From: Planctomycetota bacterium
GTDB lineage: Bacteria > Planctomycetota > UBA1135 > UBA2386
Direction of reading: 5' to 3'
NCBI GenBank assembly: GCA_965228735.1
Contig: OZ245838.1
Coordinates: 736,001-800,000, forward strand
DNA length: 64,000 bases
The notes beneath the pieces are model-generated. The model was not told the DNA's origin. It saw only the letters and a program-made list of their open reading frames with translations, and made no database searches. Shown here piece by piece: positions 44,721 through 54,425 of the stretch (the first letter of the stretch is position 1; every line of letters starts with the position of its first letter). The translations under genes were made by a program, and so were the position numbers.

Positions 44721-46909
44721 CGGTTCTCCTTCTGGGTGGACGAGGGGTCGGTGGAGCCGGGCTTCGCCGCGGTGGCGGTGCGCGGTGGCGCCGGCGTGAG
44801 GCTCTTGGCGCAGCGCAACCCGAGATCGCCGGTGGCGTCGAAGGTCGGGCTGCTCCGGGGGAACCCGAACATGAAGAGCTTCTCGGCGGAGACGGCCCAG
44901 GAACCACCGGTCGCGAGCCTCCCCGTCCGCGAAGCGACTTTGAACTCCGACGGATCGGCGAGCCACTCCCGCACGTTGCCGAACGGCTGCAGGATGCCGC
45001 GCTCCGCGTAGGTGCCCGCGCGATCCGCGGGCACGGCGTGCCGCACGAAGTGGCTCACCTCCTGATCGCTGCCGCGCCCCAGCACGAACGGTGTCGTCGC
45101 ACCGTCGGTGAGATGGTCCTCGAGCCAGGTCTCGGCGCGTCCCATGGCCAGGTCCCATTCGACCGCCGTGGGCAGTCGCTTGCCGACCCACTCGGCGTAC
45201 TCGCGGGCCTCGCGCCATTCGACGAACACCATCGGGAGTTCGTCCCAGTCGGCGCGCGGCGGCTCGTCCCAGATCTTCTGCAGCCCAGAGATGGTCCAAC
45301 TGCTCGGCCGTTCCCGGCCGACGGCCTGCAGGAACGTCCGGTATTGCCCGATCGTGACCGGCGCCCGGTCGATGAGGAACGGTCGGCAGTCCTGCATTGC
45401 CGAACTCAGCTGGGTGCCGGACGGCGTTCCGACGAGGTTCCACATCTCGAGGGCGCCGCCGTCGACGCGCACCATCTCCGACTCGACTTCGGCAACCGTC
45501 GCGAAGCGCACGTGAGCGAGATCGATCGCCGACTCGTCCGCCCGTCGCCGGAGCTCCGCGAACGCCCCGCGCTCGTCGACGAGCACGATGCGGGCCTCGC
45601 CGGACCGCATGTCGAAGGTCCGCTCGTTGCGCTCGACGGTCGCGCGTTCCGGTGGCGCCCAACCCGCCGCGGCGCCGAGCCACGGACTCACCGTCACAGC
45701 GAGCGACTGGGTGCCGGACACGGTGACGGCGCGATCGGCGTCCTCGGCCGCCGCGGTTTCGCCGCCGGCGAACGCCGCGAACCCGGCCAGGGCGAGCAGT
45801 GCTCCGGCGAGCGCCGCGAGCGTCACCGCGCGGCGGCCGGCGAAGCGCTGCAGCCGATACCAGAGGCTCGGCGGGCGGGCCGCGACCGTCGCGCCGGCGA
45901 GGTACCGCTCGAGGTCACGCTGCAGTTCGGCGGCGCTGGCGTAGCGGTCGTCGCGATCGCGACGCAGCGCCTTCAGGGTGACGAGCTCGAGGTCGCGCGG
46001 CACGTTGTCGCGCAGTCGCCGCAGCGGTCGCGCATCCTCGTGCGTGATGCGATGCAGGATCTCCTCGACGCTCGCGCCGGGGAACGGCGGCTCACCCGTG
46101 AGCAGCTCGTGCAGCACGGCGCCCGCGGAATACACGTCGGTGCGCGCGTCGACCGGTTCACGTTCGGCGCGCACCTGCTCGGGGGACATGTAGAGCGGCG
46201 TGCCCGCGCTGTGCCCGGACCGACTGATCGCGTCGAGGTGCAGGACCTTGGCGAGCCCGAAGTCGATCACGTGCGGCCGATGGTCGCGATCGACGAGGAT
46301 GTTCTGCGGCTTGATGTCGCGATGCAGCACACCGCGTTCGTGGCTGTAGGCGAGTGCCTCGGCGACGTCGCGCATCAGCCGCGCACAGACCACCGGGTCG
46401 CCGAAGTCCGGTCCACCGGCGACGGCACCGTCCATGAGCTGGCGCAGATTCCAGCCCGCGACGAGCTGCATCGCGTAGTAGAAGAGGCCGTTGGCCTGCC
46501 CGAACGCGAGCACGGGCACGATGCGCGGATGCACCAGTCGCGACGCCGCGAGCGCCTCGCGCTTGAAGCGCTCGGTCGCGAGCGGATCGCTGGGCACGCG
46601 CGGGTCGAAGACCTTGACCGCGACCGGCCGGTCGAGCTCGAGCTGCGTCGCGCGATACACGACGCCCATGCCGCCGCGGCCGATGAGCTCGTGCAGCTCG
46701 AAGTCGCCGAGGCGGGTGCCGGCGAGCGACGGCGGCGGGGCGTCGAGGTCGGTGAGGAAACCGGCGGTCTGGGCGGCGCACAACCGCGCGACCTCGGCGG
46801 CGAGTTCGCGATCGGGCTCGCCTGCCAGAAGGGCATCGCGTTCAGACCCGGGCAGGTCCGCGACGCGGTCGAACAAGGCCTCGACCTTAGCCCAGCGTTC
46901 GGCGTTCAA
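44717..46909 (-). CDS. Ser/Thr kinase with TM helix and C-terminal FGE-sulfatase-like domain
   Basis: MNAERWAKVEALF N-terminus typical of ECF43-linked kinases; GRGGMG, HRDIKPQN, DFG, GTPLYMSPEQ; VTIGQY, KRLPT, GNVREW, GGSW, GLRC. Confidence 0.92.
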   Translation of the reverse strand: MNAERWAKVEALFDRVADLPGSERDALLAGEPDRELAAEVARLCAAQTAGFLTDLDAPPPSLAGTRLGDFELHELIGRGGMGVVYRATQLELDRPVAVKVFDPRVPSDPLATERFKREALAASRLVHPRIVPVLAFGQANGLFYYAMQLVAGWNLRQLMDGAVAGGPDFGDPVVCARLMRDVAEALAYSHERGVLHRDIKPQNILVDRDHRPHVIDFGLAKVLHLDAISRSGHSAGTPLYMSPEQVRAEREPVDARTDVYSAGAVLHELLTGEPPFPGASVEEILHRITHEDARPLRRLRDNVPRDLELVTLKALRRDRDDRYASAAELQRDLERYLAGATVAARPPSLWYRLQRFAGRRAVTLAALAGALLALAGFAAFAGGETAAAEDADRAVTVSGTQSLAVTVSPWLGAAAGWAPPERATVERNERTFDMRSGEARIVLVDERGAFAELRRRADESAIDLAHVRFATVAEVESEMVRVDGGALEMWNLVGTPSGTQLSSAMQDCRPFLIDRAPVTIGQYRTFLQAVGRERPSSWTISGLQKIWDEPPRADWDELPMVFVEWREAREYAEWVGKRLPTAVEWDLAMGRAETWLEDHLTDGATTPFVLGRGSDQEVSHFVRHAVPADRAGTYAERGILQPFGNVREWLADPSEFKVASRTGRLATGGSWAVSAEKLFMFGFPRSSPTFDATGDLGLRCAKSLTPAPPRTATAAKPGSTDPSSTQKENR

Positions 46910-46913
46910 CGGT

Positions 46914-47522
46914 TCACTCCTGGTCCTCCCCGAGCTCGGCGGCGAGCCAGGCGCGCGCCGCCGTCCACTTCCGTTCGAAGGTCCGCTTGCTCAGCCCCAG
47001 GGCATCGGCGGCTTCCGCCACGCTCGCGCCGCCGAAGAACCGCAGCTCGACCGCGCGTGACATCTCGGCGTTGAACGTCTGCAGCCGTTCGAGCGCGTCG
47101 TCGAGCGCGACGAGGTCGCCGCTGCGCAGCTCGGCGGCAGCCGCGATACCGTCGAGCGCGACCCGCTTCGCGCCGCCGCCGCGCTTGTCCCGGAGCTTGC
47201 CGCGCGCGTGATCGACGAGCACCTGCCGCATCGCGTGAGCCGCGACATTGAGGAAGTGGGCGCGGTCCGCGAAGCGCGAGTCGTCGGTGGCCGCGACCTT
47301 GAGCCACACCTCGTTGAGCAGGGCGGTCGCCTGCAGCGTGTGCCCCTCCGGCTGGGCGGCCATGTTCCGCCGCGCGAGCGCGTGCAGTTCGCGATGCAGC
47401 CAGATGGCCAGGCGCTCGCGCGCTTCGGCATCGCCGTGCTGCGATCGCCGGATCCAGTGCGTGATCGTTCCGTCGCCGGGCTCCGGCGTCGTTCCCGCGG
47501 ATGACTCTGAGGGCATTGGCAT
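46914..47522 (-). CDS. ECF sigma factor, TIGR02999/ECF43 type
   Basis: HTLQATALLNEVWLK, DRAHF...AMRQVLVDHAR, KRGGG, VELRFFGG, W..ARAWL. Confidence 0.92.
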   Translation of the reverse strand: MPMPSESSAGTTPEPGDGTITHWIRRSQHGDAEARERLAIWLHRELHALARRNMAAQPEGHTLQATALLNEVWLKVAATDDSRFADRAHFLNVAAHAMRQVLVDHARGKLRDKRGGGAKRVALDGIAAAAELRSGDLVALDDALERLQTFNAEMSRAVELRFFGGASVAEAADALGLSKRTFERKWTAARAWLAAELGEDQE

Positions 47523-47572
47523 GGTCCTGGTGGTGGCGGCGCCACCGCTCCGGGCCCGCGCGTCGACCTCTC

Positions 47573-47600
47573 CAACGACGAATCGCCGCGCGTTCCGCCA
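47573..47600 (-). promoter_or_regulatory. Candidate autoregulatory ECF promoter TGGCGGA-N14-GTCGTTG
   Basis: 50 nt upstream of the ECF start; matches the motif at 43794-43821. Confidence 0.6.
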
Positions 47601-47710
47601 TGATACGCGACAACCGGCTCCGGCGGCGCCGGGGGGGTGTGGAATCACGAAATCACGCCGCCGAGGAGGTTGGATTCGGCTCCCCGCGGTCGCTAGCCTC
47701 CTTCGCCCGA

Positions 47711-48871
47711 ATGAACATCCACGAGTATCAGGCCAAGCAGGTCTTGGCGGAGTTCGGCGTGCCGGTCTCGCGGGGGATCCCGTGCCAGACCCCCGACGAG
47801 GTCGCCAAGGCGTTCACGGAGCTCGACGAGCCCCTCGCGGTCGTCAAGGCCCAGATCCACGCTGGCGGTCGCGGCAAGGCCGGCGGCGTCAAGCTGGTGA
47901 AGAGCGCCGACGAGGCGAAGTCGGTGGCCGAGGGGCTGTTCGGCAAGGCGCTCGTCACGCACCAGACCGGCCCCGAGGGCCGCGTCGTGCACACGATCTA
48001 CGTCGAGTCCGGCAGCGACATCGATCGCGAGATGTATCTCGCGGTGCTCATGGACCGCGCCGCCGAAGCGCCCGTCGTGATCGCGGCGGCCGAGGGTGGC
48101 GTCGACATCGAAGAGCTCGCGGAGACCAACCCCGAGGCGATCGCGCGTCACCGCGTGCACCCGGTCAAGGGACTCATGCCGTTCCAGGCGCGGGCGATCT
48201 GCAAGCACCTCGGACTGTCGGGTGATCAGGCCAAGCAGGGCGGCAAGCTCATCACGGCGCTCGTCAAGGCCTTCATGGCGAAGGACTGCTCGCTCGCCGA
48301 GATCAACCCGTTGATCACGACCAAGCAGGGCGAGGTCAAGGCGCTCGATGCCAAGATGGGCTTCGACGACAACGCGCTGTTCCGGCACCAGGACATCGTC
48401 GAGCTGCGCGATCTCAACGAGGAGGATCCGAAGGAGGTCGAGGCCAAGAAGTTCGACCTCAGCTACATCGCGCTGACGGGCAACATCGGCTGCCTCGTCA
48501 ACGGCGCGGGCCTCGCGATGGCGACCATGGACGTCGTGCAGCAGAAGGGCGGCATGCCGGCCAACTTCCTCGACGTCGGCGGCGGCGCCAGCGCGGAGCA
48601 GGTGACCAACGCGTTCAAGATCCTGCTCAGCGACGAGAACGTGAAGGGCATCCTCGTCAACATCTTCGGCGGGATCATGAAGTGTGACACGATCGCCGAG
48701 GGCGTGATCACCGCGGCCAAGGAGGTCAACCTCTCGGTGCCGCTCGTCGTGCGCCTCGAGGGCACCAACGTCGAGCTCGGCCGCAAGCTGCTCGACGAGT
48801 CCGGGATCGATCTCAAGACCGCGTCGTCACTCGACGAGGCGGCCGAGGCGATCGTCGCGGCCATCCAGTAA
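47711..48871 (+). CDS. sucC: Succinyl-CoA synthetase beta subunit
   Basis: [48 protein letters not shown]. Confidence 0.97.
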   Translation: MNIHEYQAKQVLAEFGVPVSRGIPCQTPDEVAKAFTELDEPLAVVKAQIHAGGRGKAGGVKLVKSADEAKSVAEGLFGKALVTHQTGPEGRVVHTIYVESGSDIDREMYLAVLMDRAAEAPVVIAAAEGGVDIEELAETNPEAIARHRVHPVKGLMPFQARAICKHLGLSGDQAKQGGKLITALVKAFMAKDCSLAEINPLITTKQGEVKALDAKMGFDDNALFRHQDIVELRDLNEEDPKEVEAKKFDLSYIALTGNIGCLVNGAGLAMATMDVVQQKGGMPANFLDVGGGASAEQVTNAFKILLSDENVKGILVNIFGGIMKCDTIAEGVITAAKEVNLSVPLVVRLEGTNVELGRKLLDESGIDLKTASSLDEAAEAIVAAIQ

Positions 48872-48895
48872 CCAGAAGACCTCGAGGAACAACCA

Positions 48896-49780
48896 ATGAG
48901 CGTACTCATCGACGGCGACACGAAGGTCCTCTGCCAGGGCTTCACCGGCGGCGCCGGTCTCTTCCACAGCAAGAACTCTCTCGACTACGGGACCAAGCTC
49001 GTGGCCGGCGTGACGCCGGGCAAGGGCGGCCAGGAGATCGAGGGCGTGCCCGTGTTCGACACGGTCGCCGAGGCCAGGAAGGCCACGGGTGCGACGGTGT
49101 CCATGATCTACGTGCCGGCCGCGTTCACGGCCGACGCGATCTGCGAGGCGGTCGACGCCGAGATGGACCTCGTCGTGACGATCACCGAGGGCATCCCGGT
49201 CGCCGACATGGCCTTCGTGAAGGACTTCTCGCAGGGCAGCAAGACGCGCCTCGTCGGGCCCAACTGCCCGGGCGTGATCACGCCGGTCACCAAGGACAGC
49301 GGCTGCAAGATCGGCATCATGCCGGCCTACATCCACCAGCCGGGTCGGGTCGGCATCGTGTCGCGCAGCGGCACGCTGACCTACGAGGCCGTGTGGCAGG
49401 TCACGAGTGCGGGCATGGGGCAGTCGACCTGCATCGGCATCGGTGGCGACCCGATCAAGGGGCTTGATTTCATCGAGTGCCTGCAGCTGTTCCAGGACGA
49501 CCCCGACACCGACGGCATGATCATGATCGGCGAGATCGGCGGCACGGCCGAGGAGGAGGCCTGCGAGTTCATCACCGAGTACGTGAAGAAGCCGGTCGTC
49601 GGCTTCGTCGCGGGTGCGACCGCGCCGCCCGGCAAGCGCATGGGCCACGCCGGCGCGATCATCAGCGGCGGCAAGGGCACGGCGGCCGACAAGAAGGCCG
49701 CGATGAACAAGGCCGGCGTGCACGTCTGCGACACGCCGTCGATCCTCGGCGAGACGATGAAGCAGGTGCTTTCTGCCTGA
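48896..49780 (+). CDS. sucD: Succinyl-CoA synthetase alpha subunit
   Basis: [26 protein letters not shown]. Confidence 0.97.
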   Translation: MSVLIDGDTKVLCQGFTGGAGLFHSKNSLDYGTKLVAGVTPGKGGQEIEGVPVFDTVAEARKATGATVSMIYVPAAFTADAICEAVDAEMDLVVTITEGIPVADMAFVKDFSQGSKTRLVGPNCPGVITPVTKDSGCKIGIMPAYIHQPGRVGIVSRSGTLTYEAVWQVTSAGMGQSTCIGIGGDPIKGLDFIECLQLFQDDPDTDGMIMIGEIGGTAEEEACEFITEYVKKPVVGFVAGATAPPGKRMGHAGAIISGGKGTAADKKAAMNKAGVHVCDTPSILGETMKQVLSA

Positions 49781-49793
49781 GCCGGTTCGACCC

Positions 49794-50285
49794 TTGGCCA
49801 ACCCGATGAAGGTCCCCGGCGGGATGGACGCGCTGTTCCGCCAGGTCACGCCGCTCTTCCTGCTGCTCGTCATCGGCTGCGTCGTCTTCGAGCCGTGGGT
49901 GCCCGGTGGCGATTGGCTCCGCGGTACGTTCGGTGACCAGATCATCGTCCGGGGCGCGGTCGCGATGTTCGGGCTCTACATCCTGCTGCTCTGGGGTGAG
50001 TCGCTGCGGCTGAACGCGCTGCTCACGGGCGTGCTCAAGGCGTTCCGCGAGCACCACGCGGGTGCCGGCGGCGGCGCGGCCGGGGCCGAGGCGGGGAGCG
50101 GGGCGCGCAATCCGAAGGCCCGGCTCGAGGCCGCCAAACTGCTCATCGCCGCGTTGGCGTCGGACGATGCCGACATCCGCGAGACCTCGCGCCACAACCT
50201 CGGCCGGCTCGCCGGCAAGGACCTTGGCACCGACCCCGGCCCGTGGCAGGACTGGCTGGCCGCGGAAGAGCGCAAACTGTCGTGA
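49794..50285 (+). CDS. Hypothetical membrane protein with C-terminal HEAT-like motif
   Basis: Two TMs; ALASDDADIR...LGRLAGKDLGTDPGPWQDW; start may be the ATG at 49806. Confidence 0.65.
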   Translation: MANPMKVPGGMDALFRQVTPLFLLLVIGCVVFEPWVPGGDWLRGTFGDQIIVRGAVAMFGLYILLLWGESLRLNALLTGVLKAFREHHAGAGGGAAGAEAGSGARNPKARLEAAKLLIAALASDDADIRETSRHNLGRLAGKDLGTDPGPWQDWLAAEERKLS

Positions 50286-50310
50286 ACATACCGGGTTCGG
50301 TATGTTCACG
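50281..50310. repeat. Short family A palindrome
   Basis: CGTGAACATACCG-GGTT-CGGTATGTTCACG; same termini as 13155-13252. Confidence 0.85.
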
Positions 50311-50384
50311 GCGGGCGCGAAAGTCGCGCTCCGCACCGGCGTTGCCTTTTCGTCTCCGCGTTTCCTCCGTAGACTCGTAGCTTC

Positions 50385-50609
50385 ATGATCGGTTTCGGAC
50401 TCCCCAATGGTTGGGAGTGGATCATCATTCTCGTGGTGATCCTGCTCCTGTTCGGCCACCGGCTTCCCGGCATGGCGAGGTCGCTCGGGTCCGGTATCAC
50501 CGAGTTCAAGCGTGGGTTGAAGGACGGCGGCAAGGAGGCTGCGTCCGGTCAGGCCGGCGGCGACGACAAGTCGAACGCGGCCGACGACGCAACGCCCCCC
50601 AAGTCCTGA
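50385..50609 (+). CDS. tatA: Twin-arginine translocase TatA/TatE subunit
   Basis: EWIIILVVILLLFG..LP..ARSLG.GI.EFK. Confidence 0.93.
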   Translation: MIGFGLPNGWEWIIILVVILLLFGHRLPGMARSLGSGITEFKRGLKDGGKEAASGQAGGDDKSNAADDATPPKS

Positions 50610-50735
50610 AACCCCGAGCGACCTGTCGCGTCCCGACGGGCGTGGCCTATCGAGGCGCTCGACGGCTGCCGGCCGCTTCGCGGTCGCATCGGTCGAGAGC
50701 CGCCAACGTCCGCTGCCAGCACCGCCCTCACCACC

Positions 50736-51749
50736 GTGACCGACACCCTGCCACTGCACGATCTGACCGCCCTGGTGCGGCCTCAGCTCGACCGTCTCAA
50801 TCGCGAACTCGTCACGGACCTCGCGCCCGGCCATCGCGAGATGCTGCCGCTGATCGAGCACGTCGGTGGCTACCGCGGCAAGCAGTTACGCCCGGTGCTC
50901 ACGTTCCTGTCCGGGATGGCGATCCGCGGCGCGCAGCACGGCGGCGGTCTCGGCGACGATGTCGTTACGGTTGCCAAGGTCGTCGAGCTGCTGCACACGG
51001 CGACGTTGCTGCACGACGACGTGCTCGACAGCGCGACCGTGCGGCGCCGCATTCCGACGATCAACCAGATGAGCGGCACGGAGATCGCCGTTCTGCTCGG
51101 GGACTACATCTACGCCCGCGCGTTCCACATGGCCGTGCAGCTGCCCGATCCGACAGCGGCGCGCTGGCTCGCCGAGACGGTGCGGGTGATCTGTCAGGGC
51201 GAGATCACGCAGGTCCTGCACCGCTTCGATCGCTCGTGGACCGAGGCGCAGTACTTCGAAGTCATCGCCGAGAAGACCGCGAGCCTCTACGCCGCGGCCT
51301 GCCGGCTCGGCGGCTACTACGCCGTGGCGGCGAACGATGGCGACGCGACCGAGGCCCGGCTGCGCGCGCTCGAGGAGTACGGGCTCGAGCTCGGCATCGC
51401 GTTCCAGATCGTCGACGACTGCCTCGACCTCGACGGCGACGAGAAGGTCGTCGGCAAGTCGCTCGGCACCGATCTCAGCAAGGGCAAGATCACGCTGCCG
51501 CTGCTCTACCTGATGCAGCGCGGGCCCGACGAGGCCAGGCGTCTCGAGGCCGTGCTCGGCAAGTCCGAGGCCGAAGCGCTGCGGCTGCTGCGGAGCGAGT
51601 TCGCGCTCGAACACGGCGTCGCCTACGCGCTCGAGGAAGCCCAGCGCCGCATCGCGAAGGCGCAGGCCTCGCTGTCCGTGCTGCCGGCCGGTCCGGCGCG
51701 GGACGCGCTGCACCGGCTCGCGGGCTTGATGGTGGCCCGCCGGGTCTGA
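50736..51749 (+). CDS. Polyprenyl diphosphate synthase
   Basis: GKQLRP, HDDVLD...RR, KTA, FQIVDDCLD, GKITLP. Confidence 0.93.
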   Translation: MTDTLPLHDLTALVRPQLDRLNRELVTDLAPGHREMLPLIEHVGGYRGKQLRPVLTFLSGMAIRGAQHGGGLGDDVVTVAKVVELLHTATLLHDDVLDSATVRRRIPTINQMSGTEIAVLLGDYIYARAFHMAVQLPDPTAARWLAETVRVICQGEITQVLHRFDRSWTEAQYFEVIAEKTASLYAAACRLGGYYAVAANDGDATEARLRALEEYGLELGIAFQIVDDCLDLDGDEKVVGKSLGTDLSKGKITLPLLYLMQRGPDEARRLEAVLGKSEAEALRLLRSEFALEHGVAYALEEAQRRIAKAQASLSVLPAGPARDALHRLAGLMVARRV

Positions 51750-51897
51750 GCCGGTCGCGCCCATTCTGTCGCACTCGGGCGGTCCCATTCGGTTGGTCGG
51801 GGAGGCCGCCGGGCTGCAATTCGGCGGTCGCCGTGGAGTTTTCCACTCTTGCGGTCCGATGATGCCCTTGGCACCGGGCCTATACTGCACTCCCGAC

Positions 51898-53079
51898 ATG
51901 CGTTCGCCGCGATCCCACCATTCGTGCTCCCCGCGCTCGCTCGCGGGCGGGCGGTTGACCGGGCTGGTTCCCCTGCTGGCCTTCACACTCCCGGCCTTCA
52001 CATCGTTGGGGATCCTGGGCGGTTGCGGCGCGCCGGCGCCGGAGTTCGGGCCCGAACGGCGTATTCCGGCCGACGAACGCGCCATCATCTGGGAGGCGTC
52101 GACCACCCAGCGGCTGCTCATCGAGGAGGAGCCGAAGCGCTGGACCGGGGATCTGCCGGCCGGCTGGGAGGAGCGCCCCGCGGATCCGCAGCGCTTCAAG
52201 GACGCGGTCTGGGCGGTTTCCGGCGACGACGGCCAGACGGCACAGTGCTGGCTCACGGCCGGCGTCGGCGGCGGGTTGGCCGGCAACATGCAGCGCTGGT
52301 ATCGCCAGTTCGAGCAGCCCGTCGGCAACGCCGACGACCTGCCCGAGATCCCGTTCGCGGGTGAGCGCGGCCAGCTGCTCGAGCTCACCGGGACCTACAG
52401 CGGCACGCCGGGGCACGCGATGCTGCTCGCGTTCCGCGCCAAGGGCCAGCAGGTGCGGACGCTGAAGTTCGTCGGCCCGGAGGCGCTCGTGAAGCAGAAC
52501 CGCGAGAAGTTCCTCGCGCTCGCCGGGTCGCTGCGGCAGGAGGCCGGGGCACCGGTGACGAGCAGCACCAGCAGCGGTTCGATGGGCGCGGCGGGCGAGA
52601 ACCCGCACGCCGGCAACCCGCACGCTTCGAACCCGAAGAACGAGCCCGCGGACTCCCCGTTCGAGGCCGACGTCCCCGCGGCGTGGCAGGCGACCAACTC
52701 CGGGCGGATCCTGCATCACACGTTCGGTGCGGACGGCCAGGGCGAGATCTACGTCTCGCAGCTGTCGGGCGAGCTCAACCCGATGATGCTCGGCATCTGG
52801 CGCGCGGAGCTCGGCGCGCGCGGCGACCTGACCCAGGAGCAGTTCGACGCGCTGCCGCGCTGCGAGCTGCTGGGCGAGGGCGCGATCTGGCTCGACCTGT
52901 CGGGCGACTACAGCAACAACATGACCGGCAAGACCATCACCAACGCGCGCTCGCTCGTCGCGGTGCAGGCCGTCGGCTCGACGATCGTGTTCGCCAAGAT
53001 GCTCGGGCCCGCGACGGACGTGATGGCCGAGGCCGCCGCGTTCCGCGAGTTCTGCAGGTCGATCCGGAGGAAGGAATGA
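51898..53079 (+). CDS. Putative lipoprotein upstream of cytochrome c maturation genes
   Basis: LGGC lipobox; two related halves (N..RW..Q / K..GP) separated by an NPHAG-NPHA linker; stop overlaps next start. Confidence 0.65.
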   Translation: MRSPRSHHSCSPRSLAGGRLTGLVPLLAFTLPAFTSLGILGGCGAPAPEFGPERRIPADERAIIWEASTTQRLLIEEEPKRWTGDLPAGWEERPADPQRFKDAVWAVSGDDGQTAQCWLTAGVGGGLAGNMQRWYRQFEQPVGNADDLPEIPFAGERGQLLELTGTYSGTPGHAMLLAFRAKGQQVRTLKFVGPEALVKQNREKFLALAGSLRQEAGAPVTSSTSSGSMGAAGENPHAGNPHASNPKNEPADSPFEADVPAAWQATNSGRILHHTFGADGQGEIYVSQLSGELNPMMLGIWRAELGARGDLTQEQFDALPRCELLGEGAIWLDLSGDYSNNMTGKTITNARSLVAVQAVGSTIVFAKMLGPATDVMAEAAAFREFCRSIRRKE

Positions 53080-54425
53080 CCAGCGCCTCGGTGCAAGCCC
53101 GCTCGCTGCCGACCGAGTCCGCGGCCGGTTCGGAGTCCGCGCCTGCCGCGACGAGTCCCGTCGTGGCGGTGGGGCGCGCGGTCGTCGGCTTCTTCGCGTC
53201 GATGAAACTGTCGGTGACGCTGATCATCCTGCTCGGCGTGCTCACCTGGCTCGGCACGCTCGCGCAGGTGAACTACGGCCTGTTCCAGGTGCAGAAGGAC
53301 TACTTCGAGTCCTGGTTCGTGATCGCCGAACTGCCGGTCGCCGTCTGGGGGCACGATCTGCTGTCGTTCCCGCTCAAGATCCCGTTGCCCGGCGCCTATC
53401 CGGTGATGTTCCTGCTCGGCATCAACCTGCTCGTCGGCGGGATGGTGCGCATGAAGCTGAAGCTGCGCAACATCGGCGTGTTCGTGACGCACATCGGCAT
53501 CGCCGGTCTGCTCGCCGCGGGCTTCGTCAAGATGCACTACTCGGTCTCCGGGCACGTCCGGCTCTATGAGTCGATCCCGGTGAACGAGGGCACGGACAAG
53601 GCGATCCGCACGTCGCAGTTCGTGAGCTTCCACGACTACGAGCTCGCGCTGCTGCGCGACGACGGCTCGACGATCGTCGAACGCACGATCCCGGAAAGAG
53701 CACTCGTCGCCGCGCGCGACGAGACGGTCAAGATCACGGATCCCGACCTGCCGTTCCAGATCGAGCTGCATCACTGGCTCGACAACTGCACGGCGGTGGG
53801 GATGCGTCCCGGCCGCCGCGCGACGACGCCCGTCGTGGACGGCGCGTTCCTGCAGGAGCAGAAGATCCGGCCCGAGCGCGAGGCCAACATCGCGGGGTGC
53901 TACGCGATCGTGACCGCGGCCGAGGGCGCGCGGCACGAGGGCATCCTCATGGGCTACGAGCTGCGGCCCTACACGCGCTACCGGTATCCGTTCGTGTTCG
54001 AGATCGGCGAGGTGCGCTACGCGCTCGACCTGCGCCGCGTCGTGCGCGAGCTCCCGTTCGAGGTGCAGCTCGACGAGTTCCGCAAGACGGACCACCCGGG
54101 CACGCTGACGCCGGCGGACTTCCGCAGCTTCGTCACGGTGCGCGACGGCGACGTCGAGCAGCCGGTGCAGATCTACATGAACACCCCGCTGCGGAAGGAC
54201 GGCTACGTCATGTATCAGACGAGCTGGGGCCCGCAGCTGCCGGGCGGGCGCCCGGGGCAGCCGCCGTATTTCTCGGTGTTCGAGGTGTCCGAGAACCCGA
54301 GTGACAAGTGGCCGGAGTATGCGACGTGGGTGATCTTCTTCGGCATCCTCGGTCACCTCGTGATCAAGCTCATGGGCTTCCTGTCGCAGATCGCGCGACG
54401 GGGCATGCTGGGGAGTCTGCAGTGA
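53076..54425 (+). CDS. Cytochrome c biogenesis protein ResB/CcsB-like
   Basis: FFASMKLSV, LGTLAQ, THIG, LPFEVQLDEF...HPGT, IYMNTPLRKDGY..YQTSW. Confidence 0.85.
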   Translation: MTSASVQARSLPTESAAGSESAPAATSPVVAVGRAVVGFFASMKLSVTLIILLGVLTWLGTLAQVNYGLFQVQKDYFESWFVIAELPVAVWGHDLLSFPLKIPLPGAYPVMFLLGINLLVGGMVRMKLKLRNIGVFVTHIGIAGLLAAGFVKMHYSVSGHVRLYESIPVNEGTDKAIRTSQFVSFHDYELALLRDDGSTIVERTIPERALVAARDETVKITDPDLPFQIELHHWLDNCTAVGMRPGRRATTPVVDGAFLQEQKIRPEREANIAGCYAIVTAAEGARHEGILMGYELRPYTRYRYPFVFEIGEVRYALDLRRVVRELPFEVQLDEFRKTDHPGTLTPADFRSFVTVRDGDVEQPVQIYMNTPLRKDGYVMYQTSWGPQLPGGRPGQPPYFSVFEVSENPSDKWPEYATWVIFFGILGHLVIKLMGFLSQIARRGMLGSLQ

